DNA of 64,000 bases from Candidatus Yanofskybacteria bacterium (GCA_016181175.1 JACOZV010000003.1:39773-103772); one strand, 5' to 3'. Counted from the first letter of the stretch, positions 19,592 to 29,565 are shown. Numbers and translations: made by a program. Notes: generated from the letters alone by a model not told the origin.

Positions 19592-20122
19592 TTAGGGCAT
19601 ATTACCATTTATGTGATTCTTCTGAATTATTCTAACTTTGGTTCCTATGGGTAAAAGATTTATTACTGCCGGCTCCTTTAAGCTTTCGCTGTTAATATCG
19701 TAGATTATGGTTGGCGATTTTTGCGTTAAAAGATTGAAAAGAATCCGCCCCGTGGCACTAAAACCAGCGGCGGTGATACCAGCAATAGCAGCGTTTTTTA
19801 TCTTACTTTCTGATGGTTGAATGCTTTTTGGCGGATCAATTACGCCCACTCTGGCAATAATTCCGCCGCTCGCTCCGCCGATGATAGCGGTAGTTCCCAC
19901 TCCGTCAATTAGATCTTTCGAATCTCTGACTGCCAAGCTCTCAATATCGGCCAAACCCAATTCAATGCTTTGTGATTTCTTGATCTCAATAACTATGCTT
20001 TTTGAGGGTTCTACCCTAACAATTCGCCCTTCAATGGCCACGGAGAATTCGGTCGCCCAAACGCTATTTGCACAGGAAAAAATCGCTAAAATTGCAACTG
20101 AATATACTAATAGCTTTTTCAT
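19592..20122 (-). CDS. secreted hypothetical protein with Gly-rich hydrophobic segments
   Basis: signal peptide, SD AAGGAGG; probable operon with its neighbours. Confidence 0.65.
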   Translation of the reverse strand: MKKLLVYSVAILAIFSCANSVWATEFSVAIEGRIVRVEPSKSIVIEIKKSQSIELGLADIESLAVRDSKDLIDGVGTTAIIGGASGGIIARVGVIDPPKSIQPSESKIKNAAIAGITAAGFSATGRILFNLLTQKSPTIIYDINSESLKEPAVINLLPIGTKVRIIQKNHINGNMP

Positions 20123-20145
20123 CGGGTTCCTCCTTGCTATTATGC

Positions 20146-21945
20146 TCATTCTACTCTCAACCTTGCCAACAAGACGGTAAAGTTTACCTCGTAAATTATG
20201 GCTTTTTCCCTAACCTCGTCGGTAACCGTCAGCTTTAACTGGTAATAACCGGTGGGCAACGGATTGTCCGTCGGCCAACCGAGCATAAAACTAGTCAGCC
20301 TCTGATAGTCCTTACTTACATCAATATACTTATTGGCCTCATTTATCATGAATCTACGTTCACGGACCAACTGTGGCTGATCGTCATTTTTGCTTGTATA
20401 GTAAAATATTTTTGACTCTACCGATATTTGCGGAATATCCTTTTTAAAAAGTGTTCCGGCGCTTGCCTCTTCAACTTTGTAACCCACTCCTTGCAAAAGT
20501 AAGACCATAACCGGATTTTCGTCGTCATAGAATACCAATTCAACACCAGAGTTTTTCCTAAATCGCAACAATTCCCTTTGGATTTTGGCAAACTCATTTG
20601 CTAACTGCTTTAAATTTTCCTCAAATTCGTTGACCAGGGTTTCAATTTCTCGCCGACCACCGGCATTTGAGTTAATCAAATTTAGAAACTGTTTCTTGTC
20701 ATTTTTTTTAGGCGACAGGGTGTTTTGCCAAACCGCTATCTTGTCGAATGCTTTTTGACCTTTTTCAGAAGTAAGAAGATCGTCTTTTACTTTGTTGTAA
20801 ATCTTATTTAAGGCGTCGGCTTGAGCAAAACTCAGTCGGCTGATTTTTGTGTTAAAAACTATGCTTACCAGTTCAAGATTGGCAAGCGCGGCGCCGCCTT
20901 TGGCATTTTCAGCAATGGCACCCAGACCGAATTGGTCCGCAAACCTGAACCTACCGGATAGCAATTGCTCAAGGACCTCTTCCGGTGTTCCGGCCATCTT
21001 GCTCTTGTAAGCAGCTACAAGTTGGTAGTCCTCAAATCCGGTTCCTTGGCTTTGGCACAGATTAGCCAACGCCAAATCGCGCATTTGGGGTTGTAGATAT
21101 TGATTTGAAACAAACCAGTCTAAGTTGGGATTCCTTTCCGCAAAAACAAACTGATAAGTTCCCTCTTGCCCGGTGTGATATTCAATAATCATAATTTTGG
21201 GCGGCGCGCTCAACTGAAAAGTTCCGGAAATTCTTTGTTGTGAATCTGGTCTCGAAGACTGTTGATCACCCAAATCACCAGAATTACCGGTATACATGCC
21301 ACCAGTGGGTGCAAAACACGTAGACGCGCTTAAAAGCATTTCTGTCCCGTCATTAATTTGAAAACTAAACCTCCCCATGGGTCCGACCCTGACATTCCTG
21401 GGGTCTGGATGGCCCATTTTTTCAACAACTACGTCCCTGCCATCCTTAAATTCTTTAGGCTGAGATTTGGTTTTATCTCTGAATCGCGGCGCCCTTTTTA
21501 ATTCCTGCTTTATTTTTTCAAACGAATCATCAATGACTCGTAAAATACCTAATACGGGCTCGTAATCTTCAGTAAGATTGGCCTCAAGATAAAGCTTTTC
21601 GGCTTCTTCCAATAAACTTTTGGAATTGTCAAGTATTTTTTCGGCTTGGCTGGTATTGACACCCTCCGCCCTTTTGGTGGCAAGAGTTATCTCGTTTTCT
21701 TTGAGTTTCTCCCACAGAGAATCAATTTCTTCTGTTGTTTGGGCTTTAGTTTTTATTCTTTTTTTGTTTTCTTTGGCAATTTTTTCCACGTCTTCATTTT
21801 CTTCCAATGCTACCTTCACCGCCTCTGGTGTTTTGGGCAGGCTAGAAGGAATAGGCGCTGTAGAACGTGAGTGGACACTGCATCCAATACAAGAAAAAAT
21901 AAAAACAGAAACAGATAGAAATAAAACCAAAAATGACTTATTCAC
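20146..21945 (-). CDS. putative lipoprotein with coiled coil and C-terminal Ig-like domain
   Basis: lipobox-like IGC; coiled-coil N-terminal part; LPTGYYQLKLTVTD C-terminal strand pattern. Confidence 0.75.
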   Translation of the reverse strand: MNKSFLVLFLSVSVFIFSCIGCSVHSRSTAPIPSSLPKTPEAVKVALEENEDVEKIAKENKKRIKTKAQTTEEIDSLWEKLKENEITLATKRAEGVNTSQAEKILDNSKSLLEEAEKLYLEANLTEDYEPVLGILRVIDDSFEKIKQELKRAPRFRDKTKSQPKEFKDGRDVVVEKMGHPDPRNVRVGPMGRFSFQINDGTEMLLSASTCFAPTGGMYTGNSGDLGDQQSSRPDSQQRISGTFQLSAPPKIMIIEYHTGQEGTYQFVFAERNPNLDWFVSNQYLQPQMRDLALANLCQSQGTGFEDYQLVAAYKSKMAGTPEEVLEQLLSGRFRFADQFGLGAIAENAKGGAALANLELVSIVFNTKISRLSFAQADALNKIYNKVKDDLLTSEKGQKAFDKIAVWQNTLSPKKNDKKQFLNLINSNAGGRREIETLVNEFEENLKQLANEFAKIQRELLRFRKNSGVELVFYDDENPVMVLLLQGVGYKVEEASAGTLFKKDIPQISVESKIFYYTSKNDDQPQLVRERRFMINEANKYIDVSKDYQRLTSFMLGWPTDNPLPTGYYQLKLTVTDEVREKAIIYEVNFTVLLARLRVE

Positions 21946-22083
21946 TTACTACCTCGCTTTTTGTTGTTAATGTTCTTGTTTAATTTACGTTATTACTTTC
22001 TGGATACGGGGTCAACCCGTCCAAATTTTTGGGCTGGCATCAGAAACATAAAAGCCGAAGGCATGTTCAAAAACTTGGGCGGG

Positions 22084-22449
22084 CTAAACGTTTTTAAAAT
22101 GTTTGATTTTTGCTTTTTTATTAACTCTGTCAAAAACCACAGATATTACATCGATCTGCCATTCCAAATCCATGCCGCACAATTCATGCTCAAGATATAA
22201 CATAGCGGTACGTTTAATTTTTGCCATTTTTTTCCAATCAACCCTGACTTCAGGGTTAAAATCACCCTCAAATTCTTGGCTGTTTGACTTAACCTCAACA
22301 AAAATCACCACTTCATCTTTGCGGGCAATTATATCTATCTCTCCCCACGGCTTACGATAATTTTTATCAACCACTTCGTATCCCCCGACTTCAAGATATC
22401 TTGCCGCAATATTTTCTGCGAAAAATCCCAGTTCTTTGGAGTTAAGCAT
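22084..22449 (-). CDS. yraN: YraN family nuclease
   Basis: GFFAENIA, NYRKPWGEIDIIA, FVEVK, HFKN. Confidence 0.92.
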   Translation of the reverse strand: MLNSKELGFFAENIAARYLEVGGYEVVDKNYRKPWGEIDIIARKDEVVIFVEVKSNSQEFEGDFNPEVRVDWKKMAKIKRTAMLYLEHELCGMDLEWQIDVISVVFDRVNKKAKIKHFKNV

Positions 22450-22506
22450 GAACCTAGTATTGTGAATTATAAACCAATAATCAAGCCACTGAACCATGAC
22501 AACCTA

Positions 22507-22535
22507 TTGACAAATTTAGTATATAGCTTTAAAAT
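22507..22535 (+). promoter_or_regulatory. sigma70 promoter
   Basis: TTGACA-N17-TAAAAT upstream of 22566, which has an AAGGAG SD. Confidence 0.75.
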
Positions 22536-22565
22536 AGAATAGTGGTATTTTAAGGAGACAAATCT

Positions 22566-22943
22566 ATGTATCCAGAGTTTCAGTTAATACACCGAGAGTA
22601 TGGAAGGGTTGGTGGGGGTTCGGACAGCAAAGCAGAGTTTCCGTTAAGTTCATTGAAAATAGAAAAAGGTGGATGGTTTACATATGCCTCTTTGAAGTTA
22701 AGAGGGGTAAATGGCGAAGAGTTTGATGTTTCTTTTTATGAATGTTGCGCGCCAGAAAGGTTTAAATTTGAAGTGGATAATTCTAAAAAGCATATTACTG
22801 TTCTAATTTTTTTACGCGTTATTGTTGTTGCCCCTGAAGATGGCACTAGAAGTTTTGATATTAAATTTGTTGGTCCTGATGATAAAATAAGGAGCTTAAA
22901 AAGGAAAATATATGAAAGTCAAGGATTTGTTTTTGTTGATTAA
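22566..22943 (+). CDS. hypothetical protein
   Basis: 125 aa ORF with its own promoter, SD and downstream hairpin. Confidence 0.7.
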   Translation: MYPEFQLIHREYGRVGGGSDSKAEFPLSSLKIEKGGWFTYASLKLRGVNGEEFDVSFYECCAPERFKFEVDNSKKHITVLIFLRVIVVAPEDGTRSFDIKFVGPDDKIRSLKRKIYESQGFVFVD

Positions 22944-23197
22944 AAAATTATTGCCGAGAAAACCTCGGCTTTTGTATTAACTAATTATCAACTTATGCCT
23001 CTTGACTTACCTACTACACATTGCTACTCTTAACTCTAGATTCTCGCGAGAGAATCGTTATTGTTTTCAGCAATATTTCAACATTCTAGCTAGTAACCGC
23101 AAACCGATAGCTGGAAATTAACCTTATTAAAACACTTATAAATAATACTTTTTTTGGGCAATTTTTAAAAAACGAGAGAGTCGGATTTTTTGTTGTT

Positions 23198-24196
23198 ATG
23201 AGTCTAGCTATTATTGTATTGATTTTTAAAGGTTCGTCAGAGGGTCAGAGAAGTGTTCTTGGTAACCTACTAACAAGCTATGTAGAAGAAACCGCTGCTT
23301 CAGTAATCACTATCCCATCCCAAAACCAGCTTGCTGACATTAATAGCCTCGCTGCCTATGCCGGAACTGAACGCATGCCAAAGCCGTCCGTACTTAACAC
23401 AATTCAAGACAACTCTCTCGTTTCGCGAGGAACAATTTTGACAGATATTCTTGATGAATTTTTAGATAGAGGATCTCAAATAGCAATCTATACTGTACAA
23501 GAGGGCGATACCCTCTCTTTTATTGCTTCTGACTATGGCGTGAGCATTAACACTATAATTTGGGCAAATAATCTTAGCGATGCCGATGCAATTAGACCCG
23601 GTATGGATTTGAAAATACCGCCAGTTACAGGAGTCATACACAAGGTTAAAAAAGGCGATACCGTTGCTTCGTTGGCCAAAAAATATGGGGTAAAAGAAGA
23701 AGAAATAGTTAGTTTTAACGGTTTGCCGTTAAGCGGAGACCTGCAAACAGATGAAGAAATTATAATTCCTGGTGGAAAAATAAATACGCCCAAAGCTCCT
23801 CTCCAACAAAGCACAGCTCCAAGATTCGCCTATTTACCAACATTAGCGGGTTACTTCATCCAACCGGCTACAGGCTATAATTGGGGCAGGATCCACGGAA
23901 GGAACGGCGTAGATGTAGCTAATTCATGCGGTACGCCGATATACGCCGCCGCCAATGGCAGAGTAACTATATCTGATGCTGTGGGTTATAATGGCGGCTT
24001 TGGCAAATTTATTAAGGTAAATCACCCCAATGGCACCGAAACTCTTTATGCTCATGCCAGCCGATTATTGGCCAATGTCGGAGATTTTGTTGCACGCGGT
24101 CAGCAAATTGCAGTTATGGGTTCTACTGGCCGTTCCACTGGCTGCCACGTCCATTTTGAAGTACACGGAGCGAAGAATCCATTGGCAAAATATTAG
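23198..24196 (+). CDS. LysM x2 + M23 peptidase family protein
   Basis: YTVQEGDTLSFIA and HKVKKGDTVASLA LysM repeats; NGVDVA, YAH, STGCHVHFEV. Confidence 0.95.
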   Translation: MSLAIIVLIFKGSSEGQRSVLGNLLTSYVEETAASVITIPSQNQLADINSLAAYAGTERMPKPSVLNTIQDNSLVSRGTILTDILDEFLDRGSQIAIYTVQEGDTLSFIASDYGVSINTIIWANNLSDADAIRPGMDLKIPPVTGVIHKVKKGDTVASLAKKYGVKEEEIVSFNGLPLSGDLQTDEEIIIPGGKINTPKAPLQQSTAPRFAYLPTLAGYFIQPATGYNWGRIHGRNGVDVANSCGTPIYAAANGRVTISDAVGYNGGFGKFIKVNHPNGTETLYAHASRLLANVGDFVARGQQIAVMGSTGRSTGCHVHFEVHGAKNPLAKY

Positions 24197-24269
24197 AGAT
24201 GGTTTCAAAATCCTATTTCTACTGCAATCTCTAAAGGTTTTGAAACCATCTCTAGAAGGGGAGGGACCT

Positions 24270-24608
24270 TTGAAAATGATTGAAGAAAAAGACGGCTATC
24301 GTGAAAAATATCTGGGAAAACCCGCTATATTTTCAATACCCTCGTCAAAACTTGAAAAAGTAGAGTACGAAATACACGCTTTTCTGGAGAAAAGTTACGG
24401 CCACGCCTGGAGCCGAACAGAAAAAGTTAAGGGCTTCTGGATGGGAAAACCAGATGGCGAATACACAAAATTTGAGATTTCTTTTGTTGGTAAAGAAAGG
24501 ATTCCGAATCTTAAAAAATTTTTAGCCAAAATCGCCAAAAAGATAGGGGAGGAATGCATTTACTTACTCACTGGAGCTGATTCCTGGTACGTATATCCAC
24601 CTAAATAA
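24270..24608 (+). CDS. hypothetical protein
   Basis: TTG start after GGGGAGGG; about 112 aa; followed by a terminator hairpin. Confidence 0.65.
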   Translation: MKMIEEKDGYREKYLGKPAIFSIPSSKLEKVEYEIHAFLEKSYGHAWSRTEKVKGFWMGKPDGEYTKFEISFVGKERIPNLKKFLAKIAKKIGEECIYLLTGADSWYVYPPK

Positions 24609-24708
24609 GCCAGCTTTGCTGGTTTTTTGTTTACCCTCACTTGTTTACAAAGGCGGGGTTTCCCATGAAACATTGATGGACGAATGAGCCGGTATTTAGC
24701 ATTTCGTC

Positions 24709-24797
24709 ATTCATCCCGTTAGAGAGCCCGCTATTTAAAAGATGATTGTTATTCGATGGATTACCTAACTAATATAACACTCTCTAACGGGATTCAT
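24709..24797. mobile_element. MITE-like miniature element
   Basis: 12-bp terminal inverted repeats CCCGTTAGAGAG (24715-26) and CTCTCTAACGGG (24780-91) flanked by a 6-bp direct repeat ATTCAT. Confidence 0.7.
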
Positions 24798-24957
24798 CTG
24801 CCGACTAATAAATTAACGGATTGAGCGTATGATTGTTACGCTAGAAATATGCGGGCCCCGGAGTCAGAAGACGAAGGGGGAATGGATAACCGCATATTTT
24901 TAGTAACAATAGCTCAAGGAGGAAAATTTATAAGAAGGCATGATGTTGAAAGAAATG

Positions 24958-26520
24958 TTAAATACCGGCAAATGAGTCGTTTTCTGGGCGAATACGGTAC
25001 GCTATAGCTTCGGCCACATGATTGGCCTGTATAATTTCACTATCAGCCAAATCGGCGATTGTGCGCGCAATTTTGAGAATTTTGTGGTAGCCACGTCCAG
25101 AAAGACTGTGAGATACAACTGCGTTTTTAACCAGTTCCTCGGCTTCCGCAGTAAGCTGGCAGAATTTTTTAATATCTTTAGGACCCATCTCGCTATTCGT
25201 ATGCAATTTGGCATCAATAAATCTGTCCTGCTGTATTTTTCTTGTTTTTGCCACGATTTGCCTAATTTCACAGCTAGTTTGGCCACTTTTTTCACTAGTC
25301 AAATTGGCATAAGTTTCACGAGGAACACTTATTTGAATATCGATACGATCAAGCATGGGACCAGAAATTTTTCGCTGATATTTATAAATCTCATGTGCCG
25401 AACACACGCAAGGCTTAACTTCATCACCATAATTACCGCAAGGGCATGGATTCATGGCGGCCACAAGCATAAACCTGGCAGGAAATCTTACGGAACTTGA
25501 AGCGCGTGAAACGACAACTTCGCCACCTTCCATTGGTTGGCGAAGCGCCTCAATAACATTTCGCGGAAATTCAGGAAATTCATCAAGAAATAACACGCCG
25601 CGATGAGCAAGAGAAATTTCACCTGGCTTTGGCCACGTGCCTCCGCCAACCACTGCAACGGCTGAAGTAGAATGGTGTGGATTGCGGAATGGACGCTCAA
25701 AAATTATCGCTTGGTTCTTTATGAGACCACAAATGCTGTATATTTTTGTCACTTCTAGCGCCTCATCTCTGCTCATTTCTGGCAAAATACTTGAAAGGGC
25801 TCTAGCCAAAAGCGTCTTGCCGGTACCAGGCGAGCCATGCATCAACAAATTGTGGCCACCGCTAGCAGCAATTATTAGGGCCCTCTTGGCACTTTCTTGT
25901 CCCTTCACGTGGGAAATATCAAAATCACCACAATCGTAGCTCTGCGAGCCATTTTTTACCAAATAATCATAATCTAAATGTTCTGCTGGAGAAATTACGG
26001 TCTTGCCTTCAAGATACCCGGTTAATTCCGTTAAATTATTTATACCAATTATATTAATTCCACCAACAACTGAAGCTTCAACGGTATTTTCTTTGGGTAA
26101 AATTATTTCCTTAAACCCTTTGGCCTGTGCCATCAGCGTTACCGATAAAACACCATTTATTTTACGCACAGAGCCGTCAAGCGACAATTCCCCAAGAAAA
26201 ATTCTGTTTTTATGTTCAAATTTTATTTGTTTAGTTGTAAGCAAATAACCCAACGCAATCGGTAAATCGTAAGCAGGTCCTTCTTTCTTGATATCCGCTG
26301 GCGCAAGATTGACGATTATTCTTTGGTTTTTCTTATTGGGCGCAATAAAACCGCTATTTTTGATAGCGGAGCCAATTCTATCTTTAGACTCCTCGACTGA
26401 TTTATCAGGGAGCCCAACAATATTTAGTGAATGAAGTCCAGGTGTAGAATCAACTTCAACCTCTACGGTAAGAGCGTCGAGGCCAGTAACAGCGGCCGAA
26501 AAAACTTTAACAGATGGCAT
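24958..26520 (-). CDS. comM: YifB/ComM Mg-chelatase-like AAA+ ATPase
   Basis: IVGLPDKSVEES, NLAPAD, GSPGTGKT, LFLDE, AMNPCPCG, DRID. Confidence 0.95.
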   Translation of the reverse strand: MPSVKVFSAAVTGLDALTVEVEVDSTPGLHSLNIVGLPDKSVEESKDRIGSAIKNSGFIAPNKKNQRIIVNLAPADIKKEGPAYDLPIALGYLLTTKQIKFEHKNRIFLGELSLDGSVRKINGVLSVTLMAQAKGFKEIILPKENTVEASVVGGINIIGINNLTELTGYLEGKTVISPAEHLDYDYLVKNGSQSYDCGDFDISHVKGQESAKRALIIAASGGHNLLMHGSPGTGKTLLARALSSILPEMSRDEALEVTKIYSICGLIKNQAIIFERPFRNPHHSTSAVAVVGGGTWPKPGEISLAHRGVLFLDEFPEFPRNVIEALRQPMEGGEVVVSRASSSVRFPARFMLVAAMNPCPCGNYGDEVKPCVCSAHEIYKYQRKISGPMLDRIDIQISVPRETYANLTSEKSGQTSCEIRQIVAKTRKIQQDRFIDAKLHTNSEMGPKDIKKFCQLTAEAEELVKNAVVSHSLSGRGYHKILKIARTIADLADSEIIQANHVAEAIAYRIRPENDSFAGI

Positions 26521-26618
26521 TCCCAAAGCAAATTAGCATTCCTCCTAATCAGCTAATCGATTACCTTTGATTTTCTTAATTGCACTTTTCCACTCACGTT
26601 TCTCTATCTAAAAAGAGT

Positions 26619-27023
26619 TTATAATAACTTTACTTTTTTGGCACAATCAACACAAAACTTAGCTACTGGTATAACTTTTAAGCGCCTTACATCAATAGGG
26701 GATGAGCAATTCTCACAAATACCATAAGATTCTTTGTCTATTTTCCCAAGAGTCTCGTTGATTTCACGTAAACGCAATTCAAGATTCTGTTCAACCGCCC
26801 TTTCTTGCTCAGAATCAGTTACGCTGTGAGCTTTTTCATCAGAAGTATCTGACTGATCAACAGCATGGAAGTGTGATTTATAGTCACCCCTAACAACTGG
26901 GTTTTCTGTAGTAAATTCGCCTAGTAATTTTTCAATATTTACCTTTTCGGTTAATAAATCTTCTTTTAATTTTTTTTGTTCTTCTTTGTCCACCCCGTTA
27001 GAAGTAGTAACAGCGGTATGCAA
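26619..27023 (-). CDS. TraR/DksA C4 zinc-finger protein
   Basis: DTSDEKA coiled-coil tip; YGICENC...RRLKVIP...CVDC. Confidence 0.9.
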   Translation of the reverse strand: MHTAVTTSNGVDKEEQKKLKEDLLTEKVNIEKLLGEFTTENPVVRGDYKSHFHAVDQSDTSDEKAHSVTDSEQERAVEQNLELRLREINETLGKIDKESYGICENCSSPIDVRRLKVIPVAKFCVDCAKKVKLL

Positions 27024-27166
27024 GTTTTACTTACAGTCGCTGTTTAACTTTGATAAAATAATAATTTTGGCTCGCAAACCCGTTAGGGCTACTTCTAACG
27101 GGGTCCATAGTGTTTTAGAATAAACTCAAAAAGAAATTGTAGCACGAGATATTATATGTAGGCAAG

Positions 27167-27350
27167 AAAAAAACGGGCATCGAGGCCCAGAAACAAAAGT
27201 TGCTTAGAGGCTGACACCCGTAGTGCCTGCCCAAGTTTCTAGAAACACCGTTACATCAACACTAACTTAGGTGCTAGTCTAAAAACTTGAGCAGGCTGCA
27301 AAACTGCCGGTCGTTCCATCACATCGGAACAACTAGCCAAAAAGAGAACT
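27167..27350 (-). ncRNA. candidate ~180-nt structured ncRNA
   Basis: TTGTCA-N17-TATACT promoter (27385-27357), two hairpins, terminator GGGC-CTCGAT-GCCC followed by a T tract. Confidence 0.55.
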
Positions 27351-27476
27351 ATACTTAGTATAAATGCCCCCAAGAATGATGACAAGTAAAATCTGTGGAT
27401 AAGTTGTCATCATTAATCACTAAATTACCCTTAAAAACAAGGATATCTTACAATGATGTCAATGATGTCAACACTT

Positions 27477-27517
27477 TAATAACAATGGTGTCGGGTAACC
27501 CGACACCATTGTTATTA
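27477..27517. repeat. perfect 41-bp palindrome (REP-like)
   Basis: TAATAACAATGGTGTCGGGT-A-ACCCGACACCATTGTTATTA. Confidence 0.9.
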
Positions 27518-27542
27518 TTAAGAAATATATTTTTAAGTACTG

Positions 27543-28934
27543 CTACTTAATCTTATCTATTACTCCAAATATGTGGTCCCTAGAATTAACCAAAACGAGA
27601 TAGGCATCGTTATTTTTTGCTAGAATTACCGAATAATCAATCGTTAAATTATGATCTGGAAAGTTAATATATCTAATTGCTGTCCCGTTGTAAGTATTAT
27701 CTAAGAATACCATGGATGATGCCTTGGATTGGTCAAATTGAAGCATGTTAACTAACGTTTGTTTCATTGTGTCTTCCCAATTTTTTAAGATTGTACGCAC
27801 TATTGGGGTCATATCTGTGCTTTGAATTTTTACAATAAAACCAGGGCTAATAGTACCATCTATTTTGGGCATAAAAGTCAACCAAAAGTTTTTATCATCA
27901 ATCAAGGTTTTCAATTCTAACGGTAAATTAGCTAACATACCATCCATAAATTCTTCAAATCCATACCGCTTAGTCCCATCTACATTATTAACCTTGTAAA
28001 TTCCAATCTCCCCGGATGAAATCAATGAATCAAGCTTTCCAGAACTGGAAAACTGGCTTACTAGGGTCGCAGGTGCAGTACCTCCAATTGAAAAATTTAC
28101 CGAATCCACCACCGAAAACAGGTTTTCAATAGAAATTGGCGTGACAGTTGGTGAAGTAGAAGGAGATGGACTAAATATTGGCGTAGGTATTGTTTGACTA
28201 CGATAAACAAAAAATTCAGTAATAGCAGCAATTAAAACTACCAGACCAATAATAATAAAAAGCGTCCTTTTTGAACCAGCTTTGTCAAATTTACTCCAAA
28301 AACTACCTGTGGACGGTATATTCAATGAAGGCTTCGTTAAGCTAATAGGGGGCATCGTCGGCTGCATCGTCGGCTGTGAAACTCTTGGCAAAACTGCTGG
28401 CGGAATAGCTGTGCCTGGCAATGGCTTGGCTTTTTCAAGCTTACCAAGCTCAACGTGAGATATTGGTGATAGTGGTATTTTTGTTGGAATAGGTTCAGGC
28501 ATTGTTTTAACTTCTTTTTCCGATTCTTTTTCTATTTTAAAACCGGCTGGTGTCTGGCCTTTTTTGATAGCTCCCAGATCGTCCAGCATTGTCCTAATTG
28601 AAGATTTAAAAACAGTAGATGGTTGACTCTGTTGAGTAACTGGCGGCAACGTAGGAACTGTGGGTCTGGAAAATCCTGGCGTTGAAGGTCGTGGTGGTAT
28701 TGGCATGGTAGGTATAGCCGGCCTAACAAAAGTGGAAGTTGGTGATTTCGTTTCACTAATCGGCAAATTAGGCGGAATTTTAATATCCGGGGTTAGAGGA
28801 CTTGCTTTGCCCTCCATAGCTACAGGCGAAGGAGGGTTCACGCTGGGTTTGGGCGGCGTTGTTACGCTTGGAAAAGAAGGGGGTGGCGGTAAACTAGTCG
28901 ACCTAGAAACTGGCGGTTTTATTTCATCGGCCAT
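27543..28934 (-). CDS. Pro-rich single-TM hypothetical protein
   Basis: 463 aa; Pro/Ser/Thr-rich N-terminal half, one TM, globular C-terminus. Confidence 0.85.
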   Translation of the reverse strand: MADEIKPPVSRSTSLPPPPSFPSVTTPPKPSVNPPSPVAMEGKASPLTPDIKIPPNLPISETKSPTSTFVRPAIPTMPIPPRPSTPGFSRPTVPTLPPVTQQSQPSTVFKSSIRTMLDDLGAIKKGQTPAGFKIEKESEKEVKTMPEPIPTKIPLSPISHVELGKLEKAKPLPGTAIPPAVLPRVSQPTMQPTMPPISLTKPSLNIPSTGSFWSKFDKAGSKRTLFIIIGLVVLIAAITEFFVYRSQTIPTPIFSPSPSTSPTVTPISIENLFSVVDSVNFSIGGTAPATLVSQFSSSGKLDSLISSGEIGIYKVNNVDGTKRYGFEEFMDGMLANLPLELKTLIDDKNFWLTFMPKIDGTISPGFIVKIQSTDMTPIVRTILKNWEDTMKQTLVNMLQFDQSKASSMVFLDNTYNGTAIRYINFPDHNLTIDYSVILAKNNDAYLVLVNSRDHIFGVIDKIK

Positions 28935-28941
28935 TTGCGGA

Positions 28942-29016
28942 AGGTTTTAGGTTTTAGGTTTTAGGTTTTAGTAAAATTTATAAATCTAAAAACTAACGCC
29001 TAACAGCTAACACCTA
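28942..29016. repeat. heptamer tandem repeats
   Basis: (AGGTTTT)x4, then degenerate (CTAANNN)n in the opposite sense. Confidence 0.85.
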
Positions 29017-29171
29017 ATTTTTTACTAGACTAATTCTATCACACATACCCAAAATCTTATCTACAGCCTAGCGTTTTGGTTATTAATTTTTATGAAATTG
29101 ATTTTATTTGTAAAATATATTATTCTTTTGCCAGAACTTTAATATTCTACCAAATAAGAGGATTGGCTGAT

Positions 29172-29419
29172 ATGGAAAATATTCTCAAGTTTTTCTTTCT
29201 TGCCTTTTTTCAATTACTACTACCTGGCCTTGGCCATTGTCTTATGGGGAAAAAAGGATCGGTTTAATTTTTATTGCTATTTTTTCCTTATCTTTAGCTT
29301 GTTATGCGGTTTCTCTGAATCCATTTCTTCCAATTGTCTGGTGGCTTCTATAATTTTTATCCATTATTCATCTCACTAAATATTTTGTTTCTTACAAACC
29401 AGAGGAAAAACAAAATTAG
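29172..29419 (+). pseudogene. degraded small membrane protein gene
   Basis: PGLGHCLMGKK, then a frameshift in GGGGAAAAAAGG to RIGLIFIAIF..., an in-frame TAA, and FLSIIHL...; GAGGA SD. Confidence 0.6.
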
Positions 29420-29565
29420 TCTTGCGCCTAGCAGGACTTTTATTTTGAAAAAGATCCTCTTTTCAAAGACCTTCTTTAATCTAGCACCAGTACGACCGCC
29501 ACTACCGGCGGTTTTTGATTTAACCTAGCACTCCATCGTATTTTATGCTTTAATTGTGGCTACAA

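Noticed and set aside
23000-23197. Riboswitch (e.g. c-di-AMP) upstream of the LysM/M23 gene
   Set aside because: Small hairpins are present but I could not match the consensus of any known riboswitch.
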